From the human T2T-CHM13v2.0 reference genome, Homo sapiens: a DNA stretch of 64,000 bases. The notes beneath the pieces are model-generated. The model made no database searches. It was given only the letters and a program-made list of their open reading frames with translations, and was not told where the DNA came from. A program made the position numbers and the translations under genes. The stretch lies in assembly GCF_009914755.1 (NCBI RefSeq), contig NC_060927.1; one strand, written 5' to 3'. Positions 1-17,145 of the stretch are shown here, piece by piece (positions within the stretch are counted from its first letter, which is position 1; each line of letters begins with the position of its first letter).

Positions 1-614
1 AAAACATCATCCAAAGTATTTAAAAATGCTCCTAAAGTCTTTTCAAGCCACAAATAAATTAATGCCATATATCTGCTCTAATTAAACCTAGCTTTTCTAA
101 AGTATCAACATTAAGATAAATAGGAACAATTATTCATTTTGTTTTGCTTAATTATGTGTTGTATGTTTGAACCCATTTTTCATTATAAATGTGCAGTGTT
201 TCAGACACATTCTGCTTAATATAGGCTTATATAAGTAACATGGGATCCTAACCATCATTTATGACATTTATGACATATAGGGAATTAATTCCAAGTTTCA
301 AGTGATTAATTTATAAATGAGCTTTTGGGATACAACCTGTGTGCAAACTGGATATGTCTTATATCTTTCACAAGCATGCTATGTGATCTTTGCAAAATGT
401 TTCCATCTCTATTAATTGAGCTATAACACTCCGAAGTAGAGAAGTAAGCAATAATTATCTTTTATTTCTTTTTTCTTTTTCTAAAATTCACATCTGGGTA
501 CCCAGAAACCCCTCCCAAGGCTTCCCTCATTTTTTTTAGCCACCACCCCCAGTTTAAACTTAAACATACATGTTCTGCAGCAAAAGTTATTGTTCTTGAT
601 TGAAAACAGAAGAG

Positions 615-800
615 TAATTAACTTTGAAGAAGGAGTACTGACTGGGAGGAGACCTAATAGGGCTTCCTGGGATGTTGGAAATGTTCTGTATCTGTATGGG
701 TTCATGCTTACATAGGTGTATATAAATGTAATAATCAGTTGAGCTCTCCATTTAAGATTTGTGAGGTTTATGTAATTATACTTGAATTAATTTTTAAAAA
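615..800 (+). mobile_element. Old L1M (L1ME-like) 3'UTR fragment
   Basis: 'gggcttcctgggatgttggaaatgttctgtatct...catttaagatttgtg' resembles an old L1M 3' end and is followed by an A-rich tract. Confidence 0.6.
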
Positions 801-2349
801 AACTTAACTGATATAAATTTAATAAGGAACTATATAGAATGATCAAAGATAATGAATAATTATTTATAGTTAAGTTTATCCCAGCTATAACATATCTATA
901 TTTTAATCAACACTATTGTCAACTTTACCCCAAGACACTCATATAGAGTGACGCTAGTGTTTACAATTTTAAGTGCTGGTGATTGATTGATTGAAGAATT
1001 TATGTTTTAAAATGTTTTTAATATTTTGATGTTTTAAAATGTTTATTTTTGCATGTTTCAAATCAGCTGACTCAGCCTGACTGAGGGTGTTGCAATACTG
1101 AATTTGTTGAAGTTCACATTGCCAGCAAAGGCAGTAGTAGTAAGTAGATCTAGAATGCAGGAAGCTGTTCGTTAAGAGTTCTAAGAGAAAAATATAGTTG
1201 AAGATTACATTGCCTCAAATTGAAAGGATTAGACAAAGAGGCATTAGATAAGATCTTATCACTTTTGAAGGTAGAAATTTATTTCAGAAGCTGATGAAAA
1301 CTATTGACTTTTTCTCTTCAAAAAGGCACACATATACAGAGGCACAATTTTACATACAATTACCAGTATATTCACAGAGCACTTATCGCCCATTGATGAG
1401 CCACCTAAGGTTTTGTGGAAATCATACTAAAAATTCCTCTTCTAGACCCTTTGATATCCAAAATGTGTCAGGTACAATGATGTACAAACCAGAAGATAAT
1501 GCCCACAAGAAGTTGACTAGTAATCTTAGGGATAAGACACACACATCCATGAAACTATTAGTAAATGATTGGCACAGACCACAAGAGATTATTCTGTTTT
1601 AGGATGAAAACAAAACGTAATTTAGAACACTTTTTCAATAGTTTCCCTGTGTTTTGTATGGTGTACTTCTTATGTTTTTATTTTTTGTTTTATGATTTCA
1701 TCAGAGGTTATTTTTTCAGCGTTTATATAGATTAGAATTTACATACAATGGGTACATGAGGAACAGGTTCACAGAATGCAAAGTTCCTGGTGTATAGTTA
1801 AAAATGTTTGCAATATGGGCTTGCAATATCTCAAAGTCTGTTTCTTTTTCTCCTTGTTTTCAAGTAGAATAAAAAGTGAAGAGACTATGGGATATTCTCA
1901 AAGGCCCTACAAGTAATTCAAAAGACTTTGAATAATCGAATGTTTTTCAGGTTGGTGGTCATGTAAACTAGGTTGTACCCAGAATGAAACAGGTAGAAGT
2001 GAGGGTAGAAGAATATTCACAATCACCTCTTCCTCACCTCCACAATAATTACCATTATTTTCTCTTTTCCTGTCCTCCCCCACCCAAAATATTTGCAACT
2101 AACCTGTGAGTCCCTCTTCTCTAGGAAAAAACTAAGGGCAGAATTTATACATCTTCTTTGTGAAAGCATAGAAACTACCTTATTTCTTTTATTTTTTTCA
2201 TTTGGAGTGGTGGAGGGAGTGGAAAGAAGTTATAGAAATTATCTGACTTTTGTCTCTATTCGAGAAAAATTTCAATCAAAAAATAAAAATTTTCAGAAAT
2301 ATTAAATTAAATGAGTAAACATGTATATATACACACCTACTCATTTAAT

Positions 2350-2412
2350 GTATGTGTGTGTGTATATATATATATATATACACACACAAACACATACAGA
2401 TAGATACACACA
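2350..2412. repeat. (TG)n(TA)n(CA)n compound microsatellite
   Basis: Read directly from sequence. Confidence 0.9.
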
Positions 2413-2904
2413 TAAATTTTATCTAGAAAAAATGATTTTGATTTGGTTTATTCCAGAAATTAAAGGATAGAATATTACCAGCTGAAAATAATTTAGAACT
2501 TAACAGCCTAAGTGTGACCTAAATGCGCTGAAGAGAGCTAGAGAGCTACATTCAGCATTTTAATATTCTACTTGACATGAGAGCCTCAGTGTGGCATGAA
2601 GTAAAAAAGAGCTTACCATCTTCTGATCTATGATAAACACTTTAAAAGATGTGCATAGCTTTAAAAAATTAATTAAAATGCCTTGGAAATAACAATCACT
2701 TCATTACAAGTATCACAATTTTGGACAAAAGTACAAAGTATAAAAGGCAGTCTCCAAGAACCCGGACTAGCCATTCATGAAGCACAGTAACTGAAGTTAT
2801 TCTGTTTGATACCCTTTTCTCTTCTTAATGCTCACCAAACACATCCTCCCTAGGTAATATAAATGTATGTGTGTATGTGTATGTACATACATATATATAC
2901 AGTC

Positions 2905-3020
2905 CTTCCCACTAGAATAAAGGCACAGGAAGGGCAAATATTATCTTTGTCTTTTGTTGCCCTATCCTTACAGTAGCTAGCACAGATACTTGGATATAAT
3001 GAATGTTCAGTTAAAATGTT
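2905..3020 (+). mobile_element. L2 3' end fragment
   Basis: 'cccactagaataaagg...ctagcacagatacttggatataatgaatgttcagttaaaatgtt' resembles an L2 terminus. Confidence 0.5.
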
Positions 3021-3034
3021 CTGCATGCCTAACT

Positions 3035-3695
3035 TATCCCATTCTATCTTTGTCATAACAAATTACCACAAACATAATTAAAACAGCATGAATTTATTAT
3101 TTCACAATTTTCTATAAGTCAGGAGTTCAGGCACAATGTGTCATAGCTGGCTCCCTGCTCCACATTTCATAGGCCAAAATCAAGATGTTATTTTCCAGGA
3201 GCTCTGGGGATGAATCCCCTTATAAGCTCATTCATATTGTTGTTAGAATTCAGTTATTTGTGGTTGTAAGATGGAATTTCCCATATCCTTGCTGTCTCTT
3301 GCTCAGGGGTCATTTGCAGCTTCCAGAAGTCACCTGCATTCCTTAGTCCTTGACCCCTTTCCCCTATCTTCAAAGCCAGCAACAGTGAGTGGAATCCTTT
3401 TCAAATTTTGAATCTCCATGACATCCCCCTCTACCTCATATCTTCTCTGTTTTTCTATTCTTCCACATCTCTCTGACAGACTCTACAACCTTTCTCTTCT
3501 GCTTTTAAGTCCTATGTGATTGCACTGGATCTAGCAGAATAATCCAGGATAATCTTCCTTTTTTTAAGGTCAGGTAATTATTAACCTTAATTTTATTTCC
3601 AAAGCCTCTTTTCTGTAGTACCTAGATTCATGTTTGTTCAAATCACTAGGGGATGGCAATCTTAGAAACACATCTTTAGAATTCTGTCTATCAAA
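3035..3695 (-). mobile_element. MaLR solo LTR (MLT1 family, MLT1E-like)
   Basis: 'ataacaaattaccacaaac...aatttattatttcacaatttct' and 'ttagaattctgtctatca' are typical antisense MLT1 motifs. Confidence 0.7.
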
Positions 3696-6184
3696 GTCCT
3701 AAAAAAAAGGAGAATGTGTATGAATTACTCACGGTTCTTGGCTAATTGGAGAGAAGACACAATATAAACATTAGTTATGACTACTAACACAAATAAACTT
3801 TGTGTTGTGGTGGGCATGAAAGTGAGAGTGGGCAGGTAGTTATTTCCATATGCATTTTAATCCAAACATTTTAAGGTAAGTTTCTGGCAAGTTGCCTCAA
3901 GTAGCTTGATTTGAAGAAAATGTTATGGGAATGGTTACCATATTTTAGAGCAGGTGCAACTAAGATCCCAGTGAAAACAGAAGAATATCAAGTAAAGCCA
4001 ATTAACATGAGAAAAATATATTGCCCTGGAATTGCATTTCCACTGTTAACTTTTTCTATTTGTTTTTTACCGATATTCACAAATAAAACAAACATTTCTT
4101 GTTTGGAAAGGAAGTTTCACTGAGAAAAACAAAGAAGAAAGGCAGAGAGACAAGAAAACTTGGAGGTTAGGTGGAATAGAATCTCCAAGAAAGAATTAAA
4201 GAAAACAGATGTGAACATGGGAACAAAAATTAGAAAAATGAATGTTGACAAAATAAAGTTAGATAACATAAACTAGGCAGAGATTTAAGAGAAAGTACAA
4301 ACTGAAAAGATTGAGGCTTTTCCCTGTAGCGAAGGAATTATTTTTCTCTATTTTATACTTTGTCCATTAAAAATGTTCAAAGGGACTAGAAAAATGGCAG
4401 CCATATTTGGGTATTAGTTAATATGCTTATTTCCCTCTAGCTTTATTCTCCTCTATGCAGTTAACACTCTCATAAATAAACGGAAACATTAGTGTGGATG
4501 CTTGCAATTTGGAGCTATTCTCCAAATACTTGTGACTAGCACAGAGTTATGAGTCCCCTAGATAAGAAACTTGATTTAGGTATTGAGATTAAAAAAAAAA
4601 AACTGTTTTACAGAGACTGAAGCATATGAGGTACAATAGATTTCATTGCTAACTTTTCATTTCAAGACTGCATTTGCATCTTCTCAATCTTTGGTTTACC
4701 TGCAGCAATTTCTTTCCAATAGCTGTCTCCTAATTTCCCTTGGTAACTCCCCAAATACCCTACATATTGCCCCATATCTGAAGCTAATATCATACCAATG
4801 CATTCTTAGAATTTGAATTGCTACACAGACATTCTTTGGAGACATTCCTAATGAGTTTATTATCAATGTTCTTCCTTCATATTCCCCTTGTGGGCTTTTA
4901 CTGGCTTCACCCATAAATGTGATTCTTACAACAAATTCATCTTTAAGAGAATCTCGTATCTATCCTTTTCACTGATTTTGCACTACCTTTCTCCTCTTCC
5001 TTTTTGTTTGGTGGATTCTATATATTTCTTTATCTTCAGCCACCTTTAAAGCAACAGACAAAAATGAGCACCTGGAGCTACAGTGAACATTGCTGTTTTT
5101 TGGGACTGGATTGTCACTGAAAAATTCAATGTCAGTCTGTATAGGTGTGACTAAGTGGACTGATGCCTATTTAAAGTCAACCTACTTCTCCTGGCATTCT
5201 CAGAACAGCCCCCACTTACTCAGTAGCCACCAAAACAAAGGTTTAATGACAGTTTCCAACATTTGTAGACAGAAAACTGTTCAGAATTGTGACGTGAAAT
5301 CCTTGTAAGTGGTAGTTCTTGCATATTTCTCTTTAAAAAGAAAGTTTGGTTTTCAGTAGGGGAAAGATGTTAACCACTCTAGATAGCTTAAGACCAAGAA
5401 ACACCATTCTTCTTTCTTATTTCAATGATTACCTTGACCCCTAATTCGTTACTCAGTCACAAATTTAAAGTCTATTATGATCCAGACACATTCAAACATC
5501 TTTCAAAACCCATCTGTTCCTTTGCTGAGTATTTTTTCCTATTAATTTTTACACACCAAATGTAATAGCCATTTTTAAAATTGATTTACAACTTTGCATT
5601 TGATTTTAGCAGTATTTTATTTTTGTTTGTTTATTGTTGGCACTTAAAGATTATTATTCTCTGGCTAAAAAATTTGACTTCCCATTTACAACAGAAAAAA
5701 AAAATTTCCTTCTTGGTCCAGCTTTCATGGCCTCACAAAATTTGTATATATCCTGCTTCTCCAGGCACGAGGGAACCATGTTTCTCCAAAATATTCTGTT
5801 AAAATCAATGTGCTTCATTCACTGAAGGATCATTTTAAGAAACATTACATCTTCAGTGCTAGGCAGTAATAATGTGAAGAAGCTCATTACCAGGATAGTA
5901 CTGGTTCACTCTCTAATTGGGCTGGCTTTTTCTAAGGACATTTGTAATCATTTTTTATCTTTTTAATTAATAGAATTCATTTTTAAAAGAAGTTTTAATC
6001 TTATAGAAAAACAGAGAAGAAAGTACAGAAAGTTCCTATATATCTCTTCATATCTGCTGGCCCCCTTTAGCTCTCCGGCTTTCATTTTGTCAATCCTGTC
6101 TTAGATCATTCTGATCTATACTTACTTTGTACTTTTAAAATAAATGTGGCTCTCAGAAACAACTTATAAAAACTGCCCATATTA

Positions 6185-8225
<2,041 letters not shown>

Positions 8226-8242
8226 AAAAACTGCCCATATTA

Positions 8243-8755
8243 ATTCCTACATAAGGATATCCAGTTTTCACAACACAATTTCTTGAAGGTGCTATCCTTT
8301 CTCCATTGTGTGTTCTTAGTATCTTTGTTGAAGATCAATTGACTATAAATGTATAGATATATTTCTGGATTCTGTATTCTGTTCCACTGATCCATATGTC
8401 CTTTTTTATACCAGTACCATGCTGTTTTAATTATTATACTTTTGTAGTAAATTTAGAGGTCAGGTAGTGTGATGCTTTCAGCTTTGGTGGTTTTTTTTTC
8501 TTCTTTGTCTGTGAAAAATGTCATTGGAATTTTGATAAGGGTTGACAAAATCTGTAGGGCAATTTGGGTAGTATGGACATTTGAACAACAATAATACTTC
8601 AAATTTTTGGACATGGAATATCTTTCTATTTATTTGTGACTTCTTCAATTTATTTCATCACTGTTTTATAGTTTTTCAGGGTACAGCTCTTTTACTTTCT
8701 TGGTTAAATTTATTACTAAGTATCTTTAATGCTACTGAACATGGGATTTTTAAAA
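8243..8755 (-). mobile_element. Old L1M ORF2 fragment (inverted 5' part of the adjacent L1)
   Basis: Antisense ORF2 sequence 'ggatatccagttttcacaacac...gtcattggaattttgata'. Confidence 0.85.
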
Positions 8756-8770
8756 AATATTTTACACCAT

Positions 8771-9531
<761 letters not shown>

Positions 9532-11074
9532 TGAAATTGTTCTAGGCAATAAGTTTTTGTATACGACTCCAAAAACACAGGGATAGATAGCAAAAACAGA
9601 CAAATGGGATTTCATCCAACTGAAAAGTTTCTGCACGGAAAAGGAAACAACAGAGTGAAGAGACAACCTACAGAATGGGGGAATATATTTGCAAACCCTA
9701 CATCTCATAAGGGGGGGCGGTAATATCCAAAATACGTAAGGAACTCAAACAACTCAATAGTGAAAAATCAAGGGCAAAAAACCTGAATAGACATTTCTCA
9801 AAAAAAAAAAAAAAAAAGGTCTACAAATAGTGAACAAATATACTGAAAAATGCTCAACATTACCAGTCATCAGGGCAATGCAAGTCAAAACTGCAAGGAG
9901 ATATTGTCTCACGCTTGTTAGGATGGCGGTTATCAGAAAAAGGGAGAAATGTCGGCAAGGGTGTGAAGCAAAGGAAACCTTTGTAGACTGTTGGTAGAAA
10001 TGTAAATTGGTGTAGTCATTATGGAAAACAGTATGGTGGTTTCTCAAAAATTAAAAACAGAACAATCATATTAAACAGCAATCCCACTTCTGGGTATATT
10101 TTCAAAGGAAATAAAGCAAGAATGTTGAAAAGATATCTGCATTCTCATGTTTATTGCTGCATTATTCACAATAGCAAAGATAAATAATCAACCTAAGTAT
10201 CCACCAACAGATGAATGTATATAGAGAAATATATATGTATATATGTATATGTATATATGTATATATATGTATATGTATATATGTATATATATGTGTGTGT
10301 ATATATATTTACACAATGAAATATTATTCAGCCTTAAAAGAGGCTGTCATTTGCAACATGATTGAATTTGAAGGAAATTATGCTAAGTGAAATCAGACAG
10401 GCACAGGAAGATAAATGCTGCATGGTCTTACTTATATGTGGAATCTAAAAGTAAAACCCATAGAAGTATAAAGTAAAATGCTAGTTCCTAGGGCAGGATA
10501 GGGGAAAACAGGGAAGTATTAGTCAAAAGTAAAGTCATGGTTTTATACAAGAAACAGTTCTAGAGGTTCTGCTGTACGACACAGTGACTATAATTAACAG
10601 TACTGTTTCATATACTTAAAATTTTGCTAAAAGGTTAGATCTTATGTTAAAAGTGTAATTATCATAAAACAATAATAATGATAACTAAAAGGATGGGAGA
10701 ATACAGTGATGGATATATTTATGACATAGATTGTGGTGATAGTTTCATTGTTATAGTTATCTTGAAATTCAAGCTGTATACATTAAATATGTATAGCTTT
10801 TTGTATGTCAATCATACCACAAAAGTGGTTTTAAAAGTGATTATACTTAATGCTTTGTGAAAAACTCATTAAAAGATAACAAACTTTGGATTTTTCTCCT
10901 TAACACTTGGAGTGTGGTGCTACAACAGTTCTTGCATTGGTAGGCCTAAATGCTATACTTTCTTTAGGTGCAGTTAATGGAATTTAAGCAGCTAATCAAA
11001 AAAATCATCCAATAATACTGTTTTTATTGGGGTATTTTTTAATTTTGAAAATTTGGATCTTTATTAACACAACT

Positions 11075-11520
11075 GTGCTATTTCATGTGTTCTGAGATGC
11101 AGAAAATGGGCACCAAGAAGGAAATAGGCAAGCGAGAGATTTATTGGAGGTGACTGAACATCTTTAAAGGATAAAGAAGGAGTGAAGCAGGCTTGGAGAG
11201 AGCCCAGACAATAATGCAAGTCTGACATCTGTGAGTAAAGGAGAGAGAAGAAAGAGTTGTAAAGAAATGCCATTAAACCACAATGTTAGGCTGACAGGGA
11301 ATCCTCAAGCTAAAGTTACTTGTTAAAGAAATTGCACATGGAGCAGAATAGCCCTATTTCTGCTTTTTAGCCAACCTTAGTTATCGGCTGCAAGCACCTC
11401 AAAGGAAATGTCCATGGTGGACTTGAAAGTCTAGCAGCTAAAGGCTGTTCATCAGCTATGCAACCCACAGCAGATTTATTTAAAGTAAAACGCAGTGGGA
11501 AACCCTCACGGTTACCACAG
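11075..11520 (-). mobile_element. Probable ancient ERVL-class LTR (LTR16/LTR33-like)
   Basis: 'gagatttattggaggtgac...agtctgacatctgtga..gga' motif resemblance only. Confidence 0.45.
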
Positions 11521-14500
11521 TAGTTCAACAGAAAACCTCAAATAGCATATTTATTCAAAGGACAGATATAGCAAAACAAAAATATAATATTTTAGGTATT
11601 ATTATCTGACTTCTCGATAATCTTTAATTTTCCTTTTTACTCTTTAACTCCACCCTACTTTTCTGCCAGGGTTTATTAGAACGGAGTCATTCTATCTGAA
11701 GTTTCTTATGACTATTAGGTTTATTACATTCATATGGTAAAATCAAATGTAACATATCTCAGGTGTGGTAGTAATAAGATAAAATATATACTGATTTATG
11801 CAAGCAATAAACTGTATATCTGGAAAAGTTACATGTAAAAACAGTTTTAAATTAAAATACTTTTGCGTTAGAATTTTTTTATTTTAAATTTTTATGGGTA
11901 CAAAGTAGATATAAGAGGTATTTTGATACAGTCATACAATGCATAATAATCATGTCAGGGTAAATGGAACATCCCTCCCCTCAAGTATTTATCCTTTCTT
12001 TGTGTTACAAACAATTCAGTTTTACTCTTTTAGTTACTTTAAAATGTGCGATAAATTGTTGCTGACTGTAATCACCCTGTTTTGCTATCAAATGCTATAT
12101 CTTATTCATCCTATATTTTTGTAACCATTAACCATCCCACTTCCCCACTGCTTCCCACTACCCTTCCCAGCCTCTGGTAACCATCATTCTACTCTCTATC
12201 TCCATGAGTTCAATTGTTTTAATTTGTAGCAAACACAAATAAGTGAAAATATGCAAAGCATGTCTTTCTCTGCCTGGCTTATTTCACTTAACCCAATTAC
12301 CTCCAGTTCTAGCTATGTTGTTGCAAATGACAGGGTCACATTTTTTTGTGACTGAATAGGACTCCATTGTGTATAAGTATCACATTTTCTTTATCCAATT
12401 ATCTGTTGATGGACACAGGTTGCTTCCAAATCTTGGCTATTTTGAATAGTGTGGAATAAACATGGGAGTGCAAGACATCTCTTTGATATACTGATTATCT
12501 TTCTTTTGGGTATATGCTCAGCAGTGGGATATCTGGATCATATGGTTGCTAAATTTTTAGATTCTAAGGAAGCTCTAAACTGTTCTATATTGTAGTTGTA
12601 TTAATTTACTTTCCCACCAACAGTGTATGAGGGTTCCCTTTTCTTCACATCCTTATCACCATTTGTTATTGTCTGACTTTTTTATAAGACATTTTAACTG
12701 AGGTAACATCATACCTCATTACAGTTTTGACTTCCATTTCTCTGATGATCAATGATGTTGGGCATCTTTTCACACAGCTGTTTGCCACTGAATGTCTTCT
12801 GAGAAATGTCTATTAAAATCTTTAGCCCATTTTTAAATTGGATTATTAGATGTTTTCCTATAAGGTTGTTTGAGTTCCTTATTTATTAATCCCTTGTCAG
12901 ATGGATAGTTTGCAAATACTTTCTACCATTCTGTGGGTTGTTCTTTGCTTTGCTGTGCAGAAGCTTTATAAACTGATGTGATCCTATTTGTCCATTATTG
13001 CTTTGGTGATCTGTGCTTGTAGGGTATTACCCAAGAAATATTTTCCCAGTGCAATGTTTTCCCAGTAGAGAAACACTGGAGAGTCTTCCCAATGTTTTCT
13101 TGTAGCAGTTTCATAGTTTGAGGTCTCAGATTTAAGTCTTTAATCCATTTTGATTTGATTTTTGTACATGGCAAGAGATAGGGGTCTAGGATTCTTAATT
13201 CTTCTGAATATGGTCATCCAGTTTTCCCAGCACCACTTACTGAAGAGACTGTTATTTCCCCAATGTATGTTCTTGACACCATTGTCGAACATCAGTTTAC
13301 TATAGATGTATGGAATTGTTTCTGGGTTCTCTATTCTGCTATATTGATGTATGTGTCTGTTTTATGCCACTGCCATGCTGTTTTGGTTGCTTATAGCTCT
13401 GCAGTATAATTTGAAGTTGGGTAATGTGATTCCTCTCCTTTTGTTCATTTTGCTTAGGATAGCTTTGGGTATTCTGGGTCTTTTGTGGTTCCCTGTAAAT
13501 TTTAGGATTTTTTTTCTGTTTCTGTGAGGAATGTCATTGGTATTTTGATAGAGATTGCATTGAATCTGTAGATTACTTTGGGAAGTATGAAAATTTTAAC
13601 AATATTGATTTTGCAATCCATAAACATAAAATATCTTCCATTTCTTTGTGTCATCTTCGATTTCTTACAGCAATGTTTTATAGTTTTCATTGCAGAGAAC
13701 TTTCATGTCTTTAGACAAGTTTATTTCCAGGTATTTTATTTTATTTGTAGCCACTGTAAATGGAATTAATTTATTGATTTCTTTTCAGATTGTTTGATAT
13801 TGGCGTATAAAAAGGTTATTGACTTTTGCATGTTGATTTTATATCCTGCAACGTTACTGAATTTATCAGTTCTAGCAGTGTTTTGGTGGATTCTTTAGGT
13901 TTTTCCAAACATAAGACTGTATCATTTGCAAACAAAAATAATTTGCCCTCTTTCTTTCCAATTTAGATGCCCTTTATTTCATTCTCTTATCTGACTAATC
14001 TAGCTAGGACTTTCAGTACTATGTTGAATAACAGTGGTAAAATTGCACTTCCTTGCCTTATTCCTAATCTGAGAGAAAAGGCTTTCAGTTTTTCCTCATT
14101 TAGTCTGACAGTAGCTGTGGGTCTGTCATTTGTGGTTTTTATTATGTTGAGGTATGCTCCCTCTATACCCTGTGTTTTGAAAGTTTTTATCATGAAGGGA
14201 TGTTGAATTTTATCAAATGCTTTTTCAGCATTAATTGAAATGACCATATTTTTTGTCCTTCATTCTGTTGATGATGTATCACATTGCTTTGCACTTGTCA
14301 AATCATCCTTGTATCCTTGGGATGAATCTCACATGGTCATGATAAATTGTCTTTTTAATGTGTTGTTGAATTCAGTTTGCTAGTATTTTGTTGAGAGCAG
14401 TTGCATCAATGTTCATCAGGGATATTGACCTGTAGTTTTATTTTTTTTATGTGTCTTTGACTGATTTTGTTATCCAGGTAATACTAGTCCTGTAGAAGGA

Positions 14501-15612
14501 ATTTGGAAGTATTCCTCTCACTCTATTTTTTGAAATAGTTTGAGTAGAATTTGTGTTAGTTCTTCTTTAAATGTTTCATAAACTTCAGCAGTGAAGACTT
14601 TGGGTCCTGGGCTTTTCTTTGATGGGAGATTTTTGCCACAGCTTCAATCTCATTACTTGCTATTGATCTGTTCTTGTTTAAATTTCTTCATGGTTCGATC
14701 TTGGTAAGTTTCATGTGTCTAGGAATTTATTCATTATGTCTAGGTTTTCCAATATATTGGTATACAGCTGCTTATAGTAGCCTCTAATGATAATTTGAAT
14801 TTATGTGGTATTAGTTTTAATGTACCATTTTCCATCTCTGATTTTATTTATTTGGGTCTTTTATCCTTTTTGCCTAGTTGTCAATTTTGTTTATTTTTTT
14901 CAAATTACCAATTTTTAATTTTGTTGATTTTTTTGATATTATTTTCTTTGTTTTAATTTCATTTGTTTCTGCTCTGATATTTATTATTATTATTTTCATC
15001 TACTAATTTTGGCTTTGGTTTGCTCTTGTTTTTCTGGTTCTTTAAGATACATCAGCAGGTTGTTTATTGCGAAGTTTTCTACATTTTTGATGTAGGAATT
15101 TATTGCTACAAACTTTCTTCTTAGTAGTGCTTTCCCTGTGTCCCATAGGTTTTAATATGTTGTGTTTTCATTTTCATATGTTTCCATTTTTTTTCATTTT
15201 TTCTTAATTTATTCATTGACCCACTGGTCATTCAGGGGCATATTATTTAATTTCCATGTGTTTGCATAACTTTGAAAGTTCCTCATTATTGATTTCCAGT
15301 TTTGTTCTATTGTGGTCAGAGAATATTCTTGGTGAGACTTCCTTTTTTATTGTTTTAATGTTTTAAGACTTGTTTTGTGGCCAGTATATACTCTATACTT
15401 GAGAATGATTAATTTGCTGAGTAGAAGAATTTGTATTCTGCAGCCATTGGATCAAATATATGTAAATATCTATTAGGTCCATTTGGTCTATAGTGTAGAT
15501 TAAATCTGATGTTTCTTTGTTGATTTTCTGTCTGGATGATCTGCCCAGTGCTGTAAGTCAGGTGTTAACATCTCCAAATATTTTTGTATTGGGTTCTCTC
15601 TCTCTCTCTTTT

Positions 15613-15922
15613 TAAAAAGAAATCACTTTATATTATTTTATTTTGTTGAGACAAGGTCTTACTCCATCATTCAGGCTTGAGTGTAGTGACACAAACATGA
15701 TTCAATAGAGTTTTAACATCCTTGGCACAAGCAATCATTCAATCTAAGCCCCCCGAGAAGCTGAGACTACAAGCATGTGCCACCAGGCTAGTTTTTAAAA
15801 ATTTTTGTAGACACGGGTCTTGCCATGTTGCCCAGGTTGGTCTTGAACTCCTGGGCTCAAGCAATCTTCCCAACTCAGCCTCCAAAAGTGTTAGGATTAC
15901 AAGCATGAGACACCACACTTGG
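15613..15922 (-). mobile_element. AluJ inserted in L1 ORF2
   Basis: Diverged Alu dimer with J-type 'gggtcttgccatgttgcccagg' and 'cctgggctcaagcaatc'. Confidence 0.9.
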
Positions 15923-16322
15923 TCTATCTCACTCTTTAGCTCTAAGAATATTTGCTCTATGTATCTGTCTACTTCAGTGTTGGGTGCATCCATATTTATG
16001 ATTACTATATAATTACTGGTTAAATTGATATATTTATCATTATATAATAGCCTCTTTGTCTCTTTTTGTAGTTTACAGTTTTTGTCTTGAAATCTATTTT
16101 GTCTAATATAAGTATAGCTACCTCTGCTCTTTTTGGTTTCCATTTGTATGGAATATCGTTCTATCACTTTATTTTCAGTCTATGTATGTATGTCTTTATA
16201 AGTGAAGTGTGTTTCTGTCAGCAAGAGATCAATTGAGTCTTCTTTTTTTTTTTTATCCATTCAACTACTCTATGTCTTTTGATTGAAGAGTTTAGTCCAT
16301 TTACATTCAATGTTATTAATGA

Positions 16323-16743
<421 letters not shown>

Positions 16744-16817
16744 TTGCCTTTCATTTTTTGTGTGTTTTTTTATTTGAAGTTACTATGAAGCTTGCAAATA
16801 CTATCTTATTACCCATT

Positions 16818-17145
<328 letters not shown>

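Noticed and set aside
4696-5310. Donor-like motifs suggesting exons
   Set aside because: No matching strong acceptor or coding frame could be assembled
13040-13100. Short local duplication in L1 ORF2 (also 12-26-bp duplications near 1003, 21561 and 25308)
   Set aside because: Too short; ordinary slippage events
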